From an uncultured bacterium (lineage in GTDB: Bacteria > Actinomycetota > Acidimicrobiia > Spongiisociales > ZC4RG35), in assembly GCA_963753285.1 (NCBI GenBank), contig CAVWBT010000010.1:240481-304480 (forward strand): 64,000 nt of DNA. Reading direction: 5' to 3'. The notes below the pieces were generated by a model. The model made no database searches. It worked only from the letters and a program-made list of their open reading frames with translations, and was not told the DNA's origin. Within the stretch, counting starts at the first letter, position 1. Every line of letters begins with the position of its first letter. Positions 32,056 through 42,578 of the stretch are shown here, piece by piece. The position numbers and the translations under genes were made by a program.

Positions 32056-33444
32056 CGCCGGTCACGTTTCGCGAGCGGTCGACCAGAGAGCTCGGCACCC
32101 AGAAGGTGGTCAACATCGGCAAGGCCACTCGACGGAAGACCGCTGACCGACTCACCGCCTCTGCCGCCTACCCGCCGATGGAGGCTATGCGCGATCGGGC
32201 TCGGGAGATCCGGCTCCAGACGCTGGCGAATCTCGAGCGAGTACCTCGCCCAGTTCGCCGATGCGGTGGAGCGAGCCGGCGGGCACGTCTACTTCGCCGG
32301 CGACGCCGACGAGGCCAACCGCTACGTTTCCCAGCTGGCGGCCGATCGAGGCGTGCGCTCGATCGTGAAGTCGAAGTCGATGGTCACCGAGGAGATCGAG
32401 CTCAACCATCATCTCGAGTCGAACGGTCTCGACGTCGTCGAGACCGATCTCGGGGAGTTCATCGTCCAGATCTCGGGGGATCGGCCGGTGCACATCATCT
32501 CACCGGTGATGCACAAGAACCGCTACGAGGTCGCCGAGCTGTTCGCCGACGTGCTCGGCATGGAGTACAGCGACGATCCGGTCGCACTCAACGCCGCTGC
32601 ACGGCAGCACCTCCGATCGATCTTTCTCGGCGCCGACATGGGGATCTCCGGCGTCAACTTCGGGGTCGCCGACACCGGAACCATCTGCACCGTCACCAAC
32701 GAGGGGAACGCCCGCCTCACCACCACGGCGCCGCGTATCCATGTGGCGATCATGGGCATGGAGCGGCTCGTGCCGAACGCCGGCGACCTGACCGTCATGC
32801 TCGAAGTCCTGGCCCGATCGGGGACCGGCCAGGCGCTCACCGTCTACACCAACATGATGACCGGGCCACGGGCGCCGGACGAACAGGACGGTCCGGACGA
32901 GCTGCACGTCGTCATCCTCGACAACGGCCGGAGTCGAGCCCTCGCCTCCTCCTCGGCGGAGATCCTCGCCTGCATCCGCTGCGGCGCGTGCCTCAACGTG
33001 TGCCCGGTGTTCCGCGAGGCCGGCGGGCACGCCTACGGCGGTGTCTATCCCGGCCCGATCGGTGCCGTTCTCACACCGGCATTGTTCGGTCACGACGAAT
33101 GGGGCGATCTTCCGTTCGCGTCGTCGCTGTGCGGCGCCTGCAAGGACGCGTGCCCCATCCGCATCGACATCCCGAGCCTGTTGCTCGAACAGCGAGCCGA
33201 AGCCATGAACCGGCGCGGCGGCGAGTTCGCCTGGTTGAAGCCGGGCATGGCCGCCTACCGCCGAATCGCCACGAACCCGGTGCTGTGGCGCGGATTCCTG
33301 GCAGCCGGGGGCGTGTTCGGCAAGGCATCGGGAGATTGGGTGACGCGGCTCCCGTTCCACGCCGGCAACTGGACGAGCACGCGTGACCTGCCGGCCCCGG
33401 CGACACAGTCGTTCCACTCGTGGTGGAAGGAGCATCGGGCCTGA
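32052..33444 (+). CDS. lutB: lactate utilization protein B (4Fe-4S ferredoxin + LUD domain), frameshift near 32235
   Basis: The N-terminus up to LQTLANL is in one frame (ATG 32052 overlaps the lutA stop). The conserved block YLAQFADAVERAGGHVYFA..., two CxxCxxC ferredoxin motifs and the rest are in the frame of listed ORF 32266..33444. Confidence 0.7.
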
Positions 33445-34088
33445 TGGAACGGTCCGAGTTCCTCGCGCGGGTCGCGACCGCCCAGGCGGCGGCGATCCTG
33501 CCCGACCACCCCGCCGAGGACCCCGGGCAGTGGGTTCCGGACCTCCCCGAAGTCGATCTTGTCGGCCGGTTCGTCGAGATGGCCGAGAAGATGGCCGCCG
33601 AGATCCACACCGATCCGGTCGACGACGTCATCGCAGAGGTCATCGACCGATACGACATCGAGAACTACATCAGCTGGGACGCCGATCGCATCGAAGGACT
33701 CGACCGGCTCCCCGACGGGCTCCGACGAATCGTCACGGAGACACCCCGTGGCCCCGAAGGGCGAACCGAGCACAACGCCGGATACATGGACTGCCAGCTC
33801 GGGATCACCGGTGCCGAGGCCGCCTTCGCCGAGACCGGCACGATCGTGGTCAGATCCGGGCCCGGACAGCCCCGGATGGCTTCGCTGGTGCCACTCGTCC
33901 ACATCGCCGTCCTCCGCAAGGACCGGGTCTTCCGATCGGCCTCACACTGGGCGGCAGACCCGTCTGCGCCAATGTCCGAAGGCTCGAACGTCGTCTTCAT
34001 CACTGGGCCATCGAAGACGGCAGACATCGAATCGATCGTCACCCTCGGCGTGCACGGGCCGAAGCACCTCCACATCGCGTTGGTGTGA
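33444..34088 (+). CDS. lutC: lactate utilization protein C (LUD domain)
   Basis: LUD-domain-like. ATG at 33444 overlaps the lutB stop. Confidence 0.75.
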   Translation: MERSEFLARVATAQAAAILPDHPAEDPGQWVPDLPEVDLVGRFVEMAEKMAAEIHTDPVDDVIAEVIDRYDIENYISWDADRIEGLDRLPDGLRRIVTETPRGPEGRTEHNAGYMDCQLGITGAEAAFAETGTIVVRSGPGQPRMASLVPLVHIAVLRKDRVFRSASHWAADPSAPMSEGSNVVFITGPSKTADIESIVTLGVHGPKHLHIALV

Positions 34089-34158
34089 CCCTCCCGCCAT
34101 ATGTCGGCCATATCTGGTCTTGATGCTGGTAACAGCCGCGCTCTCGTACGTTGGTTCG

Positions 34159-34806
34159 ATGATGCTGACGAATAGGAACCGCCGAACGCTTTCGATCGCC
34201 GTTGCAGTGACCCTCGTCGTCGCCGCCTGCGGTGGCAGCGAGACCGAGGACACCGGGTCGGGGCTCGCCACGCTCACCGACGACACTGCAGCGACCGAGA
34301 CCACCGCCGCCCCCGCAGAGCAGAGCGACGAAGAAGCCCTGCTGGAGTTCTCCGACTGCATGCGCGAGAACGGCGTGCCCGATTTCCAGGATCCGATCAT
34401 CAATGCCGACGGGTCGATCGAATTCATCCCACCGGCAGGCGCCGGTGACGGAACCGGCCCGTCACCGGAGCTGACCGAAGCGTTCGAGACCTGCTTTCCG
34501 TTGCTGGAGGGGGTTGCGCTGGGTCCGGGCGGCCAGGACTTCGACATCACCGAACTCCAGGACGATCTCCTCCTGCTCGCCGAATGCCTCCGAGACAACG
34601 GGCTCGATGCCGACGACCCAAACATCCTCGAGAGCTTCGGCGGCAACCAGGGAGACGGCCCACCGCGCGGAATCGCATCGCTGTTCGGGGACAACGTCGA
34701 CCTGACCGATCCGAAAGTGATCGGGATCATCGAGTCCTGCGCCGAGAAACTCGACCTCGCCGGACCCGGAGGTGGGCCGGGCGCGGGACCAGGGAATGGC
34801 GGATGA
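34159..34806 (+). CDS. secreted lipoprotein (acidic, Cys-containing)
   Basis: Lipobox LVVAAC|GG. First gene of a translationally coupled six-gene cluster. Confidence 0.55.
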   Translation: MMLTNRNRRTLSIAVAVTLVVAACGGSETEDTGSGLATLTDDTAATETTAAPAEQSDEEALLEFSDCMRENGVPDFQDPIINADGSIEFIPPAGAGDGTGPSPELTEAFETCFPLLEGVALGPGGQDFDITELQDDLLLLAECLRDNGLDADDPNILESFGGNQGDGPPRGIASLFGDNVDLTDPKVIGIIESCAEKLDLAGPGGGPGAGPGNGG

Positions 34807-36869
34807 CACAGGAGGAACACCCGGCAGCTGTCCAGCTGCCCTCGCCGGATCCACTGGCCGAACGGAGAGCAGAGCTGGCGACGCTCCAAAGCGAGGCGGA
34901 TCGCCAGCGCCGGCAACGCCTGGGCATTGCCGCCGTCGTCGTCATCGCAGTGGCGGTGGCGGCGTTCGTGGCGCTCAACCGTGAACCGGCGGAAGAAGTC
35001 GACTCCGAGTCGGTGGAACTGACGACCACGCTCGTTCAGCGCCGTGACCTCGCCGAATTCGAGCAGCTGGACGGAACCCTCGAGTTCGCCGAGGGCATCA
35101 GGTTCGACGCGTCGACGGTCGGTTCGCTCACGTTCCTCGCCGCCGAAGGCACCGTGCTCGAACGAGGAGACGTCGTTGCGGTCGTCTCTGACGAACTGAC
35201 CGAGTTGGAACGAGCCCAGATCGCCCAGTCTGTGCAGGCGGCCGAATCCCAGGTCGCCAGTGCTCAGAACACCCTGTCGAGCGTGCTCGATGGTGCCTCT
35301 GGGTCCGAGATCGCCAGCGCCGAAGCAGCGGTCCTCGCAGCGCAGACGTCACTCGACGACCTGCTCGAGCCCCCGTCGGAGAATGCCGTGACTCAGGCCG
35401 GCATCGCAGTGGAGGACGCCAGAACTGCGCTGAACGATGCCCTCGACGGTGCCGACGAAGCTGATCTGCGGCCGCTCCGCCAGCAGGTCGATCAGGCGGA
35501 GGCGAGTGTCGAATCGGCTCAGAACGCCGTCGACACGGCCTTCATCTCCGCGTTGACCGCCCAGAGCGCCTACTGCGCGCTCGACCCGCTACCGGTCGAC
35601 GCCTGCGACTCCGGAGATCTGCCGCTCAGCGGCGCCGCTATCGACGAATTGACATCCGCCATCGACGACTATCTCGGCAATGGGGATGCCCCATCGGCCC
35701 AGCTGACTCAGTCGTTCATCACGGCGAACGCGTCATACGACAACGCGCTGACGAACCTGTCCAGCGCCCAGAACGGCCTCGATGTCGCTCAGGCGAATCT
35801 CGCAGACGCCGAGGGCGGCGCCACCGAAGACGACATCGCCCGGCTCAGACTCAACCTCAGCCAGGCCGTCGAGGCGTATGAAGACCTCGTCGGGGGGCCC
35901 GATGAGAGTCGAATCGCGCTTGCGCGGGCAGATCTCGCCACCGCCCAGGCGCGCCTTGCCGACCTGTCGGCGGGCGCCGATGCCGCAGCGCGCAACTCGG
36001 CGTATGCGGCGCTCGAGTCCGCCCAGGCCAATCTCGCCACCCAGCAGATCCAGGCGGCAGAGCAGCTGGCGGTCGGGCCGCGACCGGCCGTGCTCATGTA
36101 TGGCACAGCACCGGCATGGCGCACGATGAGCGCAAGCTCCACCCCGGGGCCCGACATCGAACAGCTGGAGGCGAACCTCGTCGAGCTCGGGTTCGACGTC
36201 GGAGGAACCGTGGTCACCGATGGCGTCTTCGACGACGCCACCGCCGCCGCAGTCGCCGCCTGGCAGGAATCGCTCGGCATCGAACCCACCGATGATGTTC
36301 CGCTCGGGTCCGTGGTGTTCGTCTCCGGACCGAGCCTCGTGGAGGATCAGCTCGCCTCGCTCGGCTCGAACATCAACCCCGGCCTGCCCCTGCTCAGCCT
36401 CACGCCCACCAGAAGCGGCGACGAACTCCTCACGACTCAGCGGATCGTCGCCGAGCTTCCGCTGTCCGACCGGTCGCTGCTCGACCTCGATTCGACCGTC
36501 ACCATCGAGCTGCCGGATGGGACCCGCCTGTCTGCGGTGGTCGTCGACATCGGCAACGTGCCGCTCGGCGGTGGGCTCGACGGCACCGATGCATACGTCG
36601 AGGTCGAGATCCGCCCGGACGAGCCGATCGACGAGGTCTGGATCGGCGCATCCGTCGATGTCGAGGTGACGGCCGAACTGGCCGAGAATGCACTGTCGGT
36701 TCCCGTCAGTGCACTGCTCGCCCTGGTCGAGGGCGGGTACGCGATCGAAGTGCCGGAAGGCGACGGCACGCGCCTCATCGGCGTGGAGACGGGCATGTTC
36801 GCTGACGGTTTCGTCGAGATCAAAGGCGACGGGATCAGCGAGGGGCTCGAAGTGGTGGTTCCGCGATGA
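34803..36869 (+). CDS. efflux-transporter periplasmic adaptor (HlyD/MacA-like membrane fusion protein) with peptidoglycan-binding domain
   Basis: N-terminal TM, a long coiled-coil region, a PG_binding_1-like segment (LGFDVGGTVVTDGVFDDATAAAVAAWQESLGI), and a C-terminal beta-barrel. Confidence 0.75.
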   Translation: MTQEEHPAAVQLPSPDPLAERRAELATLQSEADRQRRQRLGIAAVVVIAVAVAAFVALNREPAEEVDSESVELTTTLVQRRDLAEFEQLDGTLEFAEGIRFDASTVGSLTFLAAEGTVLERGDVVAVVSDELTELERAQIAQSVQAAESQVASAQNTLSSVLDGASGSEIASAEAAVLAAQTSLDDLLEPPSENAVTQAGIAVEDARTALNDALDGADEADLRPLRQQVDQAEASVESAQNAVDTAFISALTAQSAYCALDPLPVDACDSGDLPLSGAAIDELTSAIDDYLGNGDAPSAQLTQSFITANASYDNALTNLSSAQNGLDVAQANLADAEGGATEDDIARLRLNLSQAVEAYEDLVGGPDESRIALARADLATAQARLADLSAGADAAARNSAYAALESAQANLATQQIQAAEQLAVGPRPAVLMYGTAPAWRTMSASSTPGPDIEQLEANLVELGFDVGGTVVTDGVFDDATAAAVAAWQESLGIEPTDDVPLGSVVFVSGPSLVEDQLASLGSNINPGLPLLSLTPTRSGDELLTTQRIVAELPLSDRSLLDLDSTVTIELPDGTRLSAVVVDIGNVPLGGGLDGTDAYVEVEIRPDEPIDEVWIGASVDVEVTAELAENALSVPVSALLALVEGGYAIEVPEGDGTRLIGVETGMFADGFVEIKGDGISEGLEVVVPR

Positions 36870-37564
36870 GCGGCGAGGCCCCGGCGCTCGAGCTCCGGAA
36901 CGTCACCAAAGCCTACGGGGGCACCCCACCGGTGAAGGCACTCGACGACGTGTCGGTCGCGATCCGGAGCGGAGAGATGGTCGCCGTGGTCGGGCCTTCG
37001 GGGAGCGGGAAATCGACGATGCTCCATGTCATGGGCACGCTCGACCGACCCACATCCGGGCAGGTGCTCGTCGACGGGGTCGACACCGGCCGACTCGACG
37101 ACAAGAAGCTCTCGGCGTTGCGCGGACGCAAGATCGGATTCGTCTTCCAGCGGTTCTTTCTCCTTCCCGGCGTCACCGCCCTCGACAACGTGGCCAACGG
37201 CCTGCTCTACCTCGGAGTCGACCAGGCGGTTCGGCGAGAGCTCGCCTTCGATGCCCTCGCCAGGGTCGGGCTCGCTCAACGAACGACCCATGTCCCGAGC
37301 CAGCTGTCCGGCGGGGAGCGTCAGCGTGTGGCGATCGCCCGGGCGTTGATCCACTCGCCGGCGTTCATCCTCGCCGACGAGCCGACGGGCAACCTCGATT
37401 CGGTCTCGAGCGGGGCCGTCATGGAGCTCCTCGAGTCGCTTCACGCCGAGGGCAGCACGATCGCCGTCATCACCCACGACACGGACATCGCCGAGGGGCT
37501 CCCGCGTCAGGTTCGACTCCTGGACGGCCGGGTCACCGAGGACACCGGTGTGGTGACGATCTGA
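36866..37564 (+). CDS. ABC transporter ATP-binding protein (MacB/LolD-like)
   Basis: Walker A GPSGSGKST, signature LSGGERQRVAIARA, Walker B ILADEPTGNLD. Confidence 0.9.
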   Translation: MSGEAPALELRNVTKAYGGTPPVKALDDVSVAIRSGEMVAVVGPSGSGKSTMLHVMGTLDRPTSGQVLVDGVDTGRLDDKKLSALRGRKIGFVFQRFFLLPGVTALDNVANGLLYLGVDQAVRRELAFDALARVGLAQRTTHVPSQLSGGERQRVAIARALIHSPAFILADEPTGNLDSVSSGAVMELLESLHAEGSTIAVITHDTDIAEGLPRQVRLLDGRVTEDTGVVTI

Positions 37565-38781
37565 TGGTCGCCCCGGCAGTCCCGTCGACCCCGGTCGAAC
37601 CGAGCCGCTTTCGGTTCGTCGACGTGATGCGGACAGGCTCGTCCGGTCTCGGCACCCGCCGCGGGCGCACGATTCTCTCGGCACTCGGCATCGCCATCGG
37701 GATCGCATCGCTGGTCGGTGTGCTCGGGCTGAGCGAGTCTTCGAAGTCCGATCTGCTCGCCGAGCTCGACGCCCTCGGGACCAACCTCCTCACCGTCCAG
37801 GCAGGCACCGGATTCGGGATCGGCAACGCCGAGCTCCCCGAGACCACGGTGGGCATGGTCGGCCGGATCGGGACCGTCCGACAGGTGTCGGCGGTGTCGT
37901 CGGTCAACGCGAGCGTGCTGCGAACCGATTTCATCCCCTCGGGTCAGACAGGTGGAATCAGTGTTGTCGCGGCCGAACCGGACCTGCTCGACACCCTGGG
38001 GGGCTCCGTGGCGAGCGGGGCGTTCCTCGACGGTGCTGCTCTCGAGTATCCCGCTGCCGTGCTCGGCTCCGTCGCTGCCGAGCGACTCGGGATCGGAGAT
38101 GTCGAGAACGGTGTCGCCGTGTGGCTGGGGGAGACCTGGGTCGAGGTGATCGGCATTCTCGACCCGTTCCCGCTCGCCGCCGATCTCGACCGGGCCGTCC
38201 TCGTCGGCACCGAAGCCGCCGAGCGGTTCCTCGACCAGGAACTCGTGCCGGGGACCGTCTACCTTCGGGTCGACCCCGGCTTCATCAACGAGACCCGTGA
38301 CATCATTCCGAGAACGGTCGATCCCGAGAACCCCGAGGAGGTCGAAGTGAGCCGGCCGTCGGATGTGCTCGTCGCCCAGGCCGCCGCCGAGGATGCCTTC
38401 TCCAGCCTGTTCCTCGGCCTCGGCGCAGTCGCCCTCTTCGTCGGCGGCATCGGGATCGCCAACATCATGGTCATCTCGGTGATCGAACGGCGGGGTGAGA
38501 TCGGGCTCCGGCGGGCGATCGGCGCCACCAGAGGCCACATCATGCGACAGTTCCTCACCGAATCGCTCATGCTGGGACTGATCGGCGGTGTCGCCGGAGT
38601 GCTCCTGGGGTCGGCCGTCACCGCCGGCTATGCGACTCTGCAAGGGTGGGGCATCATCATCCCGACCGTTGCCGTGACCGGCGGTCTCGCCGCGGCGGTC
38701 CTCATCGGAGCGGTTGCCGGGATGTATCCCGCCATGCGGGCAGCGCGACTCTCCCCGACGGAGGCGCTCCGTGCCGAGTGA
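37564..38781 (+). CDS. ABC transporter permease (FtsX/MacB-type)
   Basis: N-terminal TM, a large periplasmic domain, and a C-terminal FtsX-like 3-TM bundle. ATG overlaps the ATPase stop. Confidence 0.85.
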   Translation: MVAPAVPSTPVEPSRFRFVDVMRTGSSGLGTRRGRTILSALGIAIGIASLVGVLGLSESSKSDLLAELDALGTNLLTVQAGTGFGIGNAELPETTVGMVGRIGTVRQVSAVSSVNASVLRTDFIPSGQTGGISVVAAEPDLLDTLGGSVASGAFLDGAALEYPAAVLGSVAAERLGIGDVENGVAVWLGETWVEVIGILDPFPLAADLDRAVLVGTEAAERFLDQELVPGTVYLRVDPGFINETRDIIPRTVDPENPEEVEVSRPSDVLVAQAAAEDAFSSLFLGLGAVALFVGGIGIANIMVISVIERRGEIGLRRAIGATRGHIMRQFLTESLMLGLIGGVAGVLLGSAVTAGYATLQGWGIIIPTVAVTGGLAAAVLIGAVAGMYPAMRAARLSPTEALRAE

Positions 38782-38796
38782 ACGAGAGGCGATCAC

Positions 38797-39453
38797 ATGA
38801 GGGTCCTGGTCGTCGAGGATGATCAGGCGCTGGCAGATGGCGTGGCGCGCGGTCTCCGGCGCAAGGGCCTGGCCGTCGACGTGGTCGGTGACGGCGACGA
38901 GGCGCTCTTCAAGACGTCGGTCACCAGTTACGACGTCGTCGTGCTGGATCGCGACCTGCCCGGGACGCACGGGGACGAAGTGGCGCGCGCGCTCGTCGCA
39001 CGAGACGACTCCCCGAGGATCATCATGCTCACCGCCGCCGGATCGCTCGACGAGCGCGTCGAGGGGCTGTCGATCGGGGCGGACGACTACCTGTCGAAGC
39101 CGTTCGCCATGGCCGAGCTGGAGGCCAGGGTCAGGGCGCTGGCCCGCAGACCCGGCGCTGCGGTCCAGCCGGTGCTCAGGTACGCCGACGTCGAACTGGA
39201 CCCGGGAGCGTTCCGGGCTTCGCGGGGAGAACGGGCCCTCCACCTCACCAAGAAGGAGTTCGGCGTGCTCGAAGCGCTCATGTCATCGCATCCGAGAGTC
39301 GTGTCCGCCGAGGAGCTCGTCGAGCGGGTGTGGGACGAGCATGCCGACCCGTTCACCAACGCCCCACGAATCACCATGGTCACGCTGCGGCGCAAGCTGG
39401 GTGACCCGCCGTTGATCGAGACCGTGACCGGTGTGGGGTATCGGCTCCTATGA
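38797..39453 (+). CDS. OmpR-family response regulator
   Basis: MRVLVVEDDQALADG...VVVLDRDLPG...LTAA..., winged helix GVGYRL. Confidence 0.9.
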   Translation: MRVLVVEDDQALADGVARGLRRKGLAVDVVGDGDEALFKTSVTSYDVVVLDRDLPGTHGDEVARALVARDDSPRIIMLTAAGSLDERVEGLSIGADDYLSKPFAMAELEARVRALARRPGAAVQPVLRYADVELDPGAFRASRGERALHLTKKEFGVLEALMSSHPRVVSAEELVERVWDEHADPFTNAPRITMVTLRRKLGDPPLIETVTGVGYRLL

Positions 39454-40652
39454 CCACGAGAACCTCCATTCGACGGCGGCTGGCGATCCTGTTCGGGGCA
39501 TCGTTCCTGGTCGCCGGCCTGATCCTCGTCGCCCTGAACTATTTCCTGGTCGACGCCGAGATCCGAGACCTCCCGCAGGGCGGCCGGCAGGCGTTCGCCG
39601 ACGAGTTCGGCCTCGACCCCGCAGGCTTTCCCGGCTTCGAAGGCATCGAGGGTCTCCCACCGGTGATCGGCGACATCGTCCTCGAGGACGGTCGAACCAT
39701 CCGAGAGGCAGCAGACAGTTTCGAACGCCGGCTGCGTCGGGATCTGCTCAACTCGATCCTCGTGCAGTCCCTGATCGCTTTGGGAATCGTGGCGGTGATC
39801 GCTGCGGTCGTGGGCTGGATCATGTCCCGGCGCGCACTGGATCCGGTCGCCGAGATCACGAGGACCGCCCGGAGCCTGACCGAATCGGATCTGTCGCAGC
39901 GGGTCGGCCTGCAGGGTCCGTCGGACGAGATCAAGGAACTCGCCGACACGTTCGACGAGATGATGGATCGTGTCGAACGGGGCTACACCAACCAGGCCAA
40001 CTTCGCCGCTTACGCCTCGCACGAGCTCCGCACCCCGCTCAGTGTGATGCGTGTGGAGGCGGACAACCTCCTCGAAGCGGGTGAGGCACCTCGGGAAGAG
40101 CTCGACCTCGCACGGACCGTGCTCAAGGAGGTGGATCGGAGCGAGCGGCTCATCTCTCAGCTGATGTCGATCACCCGGTCCCGTAGCGGCAGCCTCAATC
40201 CCGAACCGATCGACCTCGCCGAGATGGTCGGCGAGGTAGTGGCGGACGCCGTGATGCTGGCCGACGCCCACGGCATCCAGCTCGACCTGTCGCTCCGCGA
40301 CGCAGTCGTGGTCGCCGACCGTTCGTTGCTGCGTTCGCTGATCCAGAACCTCGTCGTCAACGGCATCGTCCACAATGTCGGAGGCGGAGAGGTGGTCGTC
40401 GAGGTGGGGAGTGTCGATGGTCACGCGATCTTGACCGTGGAGAACACCGGTGACGAGGTCGAAGGCGCAGAAGTCGAGCGCATGTATCGCCCGTTCGAGC
40501 GGATCGAACGAGACCGAACCGGCGGTGTGGGTCTCGGGCTGGCGGTGGTCGCGGCGATCGCCGAAACCCACCAGGCCTCGGTGACGGCCACGCCTCGCGT
40601 GGGTGGGGGCCTCGTGACGACCGTGCGATTCGCGCAGTCGAGCCCCGACTGA
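39450..40652 (+). CDS. sensor histidine kinase
   Basis: 2 TM, HAMP, H-box ASHELRTPLSV, G-boxes GGVGLGLAVV. Confidence 0.85.
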   Translation: MTTRTSIRRRLAILFGASFLVAGLILVALNYFLVDAEIRDLPQGGRQAFADEFGLDPAGFPGFEGIEGLPPVIGDIVLEDGRTIREAADSFERRLRRDLLNSILVQSLIALGIVAVIAAVVGWIMSRRALDPVAEITRTARSLTESDLSQRVGLQGPSDEIKELADTFDEMMDRVERGYTNQANFAAYASHELRTPLSVMRVEADNLLEAGEAPREELDLARTVLKEVDRSERLISQLMSITRSRSGSLNPEPIDLAEMVGEVVADAVMLADAHGIQLDLSLRDAVVVADRSLLRSLIQNLVVNGIVHNVGGGEVVVEVGSVDGHAILTVENTGDEVEGAEVERMYRPFERIERDRTGGVGLGLAVVAAIAETHQASVTATPRVGGGLVTTVRFAQSSPD

Positions 40653-40747
40653 CCGCCGCTCACCCTTCGTCGTGATCCTGCGGCGTCTCCAGCAACCCTG
40701 GCCTGCCTGCAGTGGGGCTCGGACGGCGGTGCGGTTACCCTTTCCGC

Positions 40748-41860
40748 ATGCCCCCGGCACCCCTCGAGATCGGTCGATTGTCGGTCGACCCGCCCGTCGT
40801 GCTCGCCCCGATGGCGGGTGTCACGAACGCGCCGTTCCGTCGGCTGTGCCGGCAGTTCGGGGCCGGGATCTATGTCTGCGAGATGATCGGTGCCCGCTCC
40901 CTGGTCGAGGGAGACGAGAAGACGAGGCTGCTTGCGACGTTCCCCGAGGACGAGTCACCGCGCTCGATCCAGCTCTACGGGACCGACGCGCACTACGTGG
41001 GTCGGGCCGTGGAACACCTGGTCACCGAGGGTGGCGCGGATCACGTCGACCTCAACTTCGGGTGCCCGGCACCGAAGGTGACTCGCAACGGTGGGGGAGC
41101 GGCGTTGCCGTTCAACCGCGATCTGTACCGTGACATCGTTCGGGCCGCGGTCGCCAACGCCGGTGACGTGCCGATCACCGTCAAGTTCCGCAAGGGCATC
41201 GACGACGAGCACCTCACGTACCTGGACACCGGCCGGATCGCCCAGGACGAGGGCGTGTCGGCGGTCGGGCTGCACGCCCGGACCGCCGAAGAGCTCTACT
41301 CCGGTCATGCCGATTGGAACGCGATCGCCACGCTGAAGGATGCCCTCGACGTCCCGGTGCTGGGCAACGGCGACATCTGGGAGGCGAGCGATGCCATCAG
41401 GATGGTCGACGAGACCGGCTGCGACGGGGTGATCGTGGGTCGCGGTTGCCTCGGGCGGCCGTGGCTGTTCGGTGACCTGGCGAAGGTCTTCGCCGGTGAG
41501 GAGGTCGTCACGATCCCAGACCTCGGATACGTCGCCGACACGATGGAGACCCACGCTGCTCTCCTCATCGACTGGTTCGGCGAGTACCGGGGCATCCGCA
41601 GCTTCCGCAAGCACACGTCGTGGTACCTCAAGGGGTATCCGGTCGGCCCCGAGATCCGCCGCCGACTCTCGACAGTGGAGTCACTCGACGAGTTGGCCGC
41701 CATCACTGCGACGTTCGATCGCCACGCCCAGCCCCACGATGGCGCCTCACGCATGGCGAGAGGCCACACCCACGGCCCCCGCCCCGTCAGACTCCCACAC
41801 CGCTATCTCGAGGGCGGCTGGAACCACCCGGTCCCCGAACTCGCCGTCTCCGGCGGCTGA
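40748..41860 (+). CDS. tRNA-dihydrouridine synthase
   Basis: Dus signature LAPMAGVTNAPFRRL...NFGCPAPKV. ATG at 40748. Confidence 0.85.
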   Translation: MPPAPLEIGRLSVDPPVVLAPMAGVTNAPFRRLCRQFGAGIYVCEMIGARSLVEGDEKTRLLATFPEDESPRSIQLYGTDAHYVGRAVEHLVTEGGADHVDLNFGCPAPKVTRNGGGAALPFNRDLYRDIVRAAVANAGDVPITVKFRKGIDDEHLTYLDTGRIAQDEGVSAVGLHARTAEELYSGHADWNAIATLKDALDVPVLGNGDIWEASDAIRMVDETGCDGVIVGRGCLGRPWLFGDLAKVFAGEEVVTIPDLGYVADTMETHAALLIDWFGEYRGIRSFRKHTSWYLKGYPVGPEIRRRLSTVESLDELAAITATFDRHAQPHDGASRMARGHTHGPRPVRLPHRYLEGGWNHPVPELAVSGG

Positions 41861-41874
41861 GTCGGTATCGACCA

Positions 41875-42578
41875 GGGGGACGATCCCCCTGAACCCCCCT
41901 GATGGCATGTCCGCCGTCGGGTTGCACGGCCCGCAGCCAGCATCCCGGGTCTGTGTTGGTCTGGGGGACGATCCCCTTGAACCCCCCTGATGGCATGTCC
42001 GCCGTCGGGTTGCACGGCCCGCAGCCAGTATCCCGGGTCTGTGTTGGTCTGGGGGACGATCCCCTTGAACCCCCCTGATGGCATGTCCGCCGTCGGGTTG
42101 CACGGCCCGCAGCCAGTATCCCGGGTCTGTGTTGGTCTGGGGGACGATCCCCTTGAACCCCCCTGATGGCATGTCCGCCGTCGGGTTGCACGGCCCGCAG
42201 CCAGTATCCCGGGTCTGTGTTGGTCTGGGGGACGATCCCCTTGAACCCCCCTGATGGCATGTCCGCCGTCGGGTTGCACGGCCCGCAGCCAGTATCCCGG
42301 GTCTGTGTTGGTCTGGGGGACGATCCCCTTGAACCCCCCTGATGGCATGTCCGCCGTCGGGTTGCACGGCCCGCAGCCAGTATCCCGGGTCTGTGTTGGT
42401 CTGGGGGACGATCCCCTTGAACCCCCCTGATGGCATGTCCGCCGTCGGGTTGCACGGCCCGCAGCCAGTATCCCGGGTCTGTGTTGGTCTGGGGGACGAT
42501 CCCCTTGAACCCCCCTGATGGCATGTCCGCCGTCGGGTTGCACGGCCCGCAGCCAGCATCCCGGGTCTGTGTCGATGT
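41875..42578. repeat. tandem repeat array, 8 x 88 bp
   Basis: Units start at 41875, 41963, 42051, 42139, 42227, 42315, 42403 and 42491. They are near-identical; the first and last units are slightly diverged. The unit begins GGGGGACGATCCCC (a hairpin). There are no variable spacers. The period is not a multiple of 3. Confidence 0.9.

Noticed and set aside
41875-42578. CRISPR array.
   Set aside because: The units are 88 or 106 bp and identical throughout, with no variable spacers. No cas genes are in the window.
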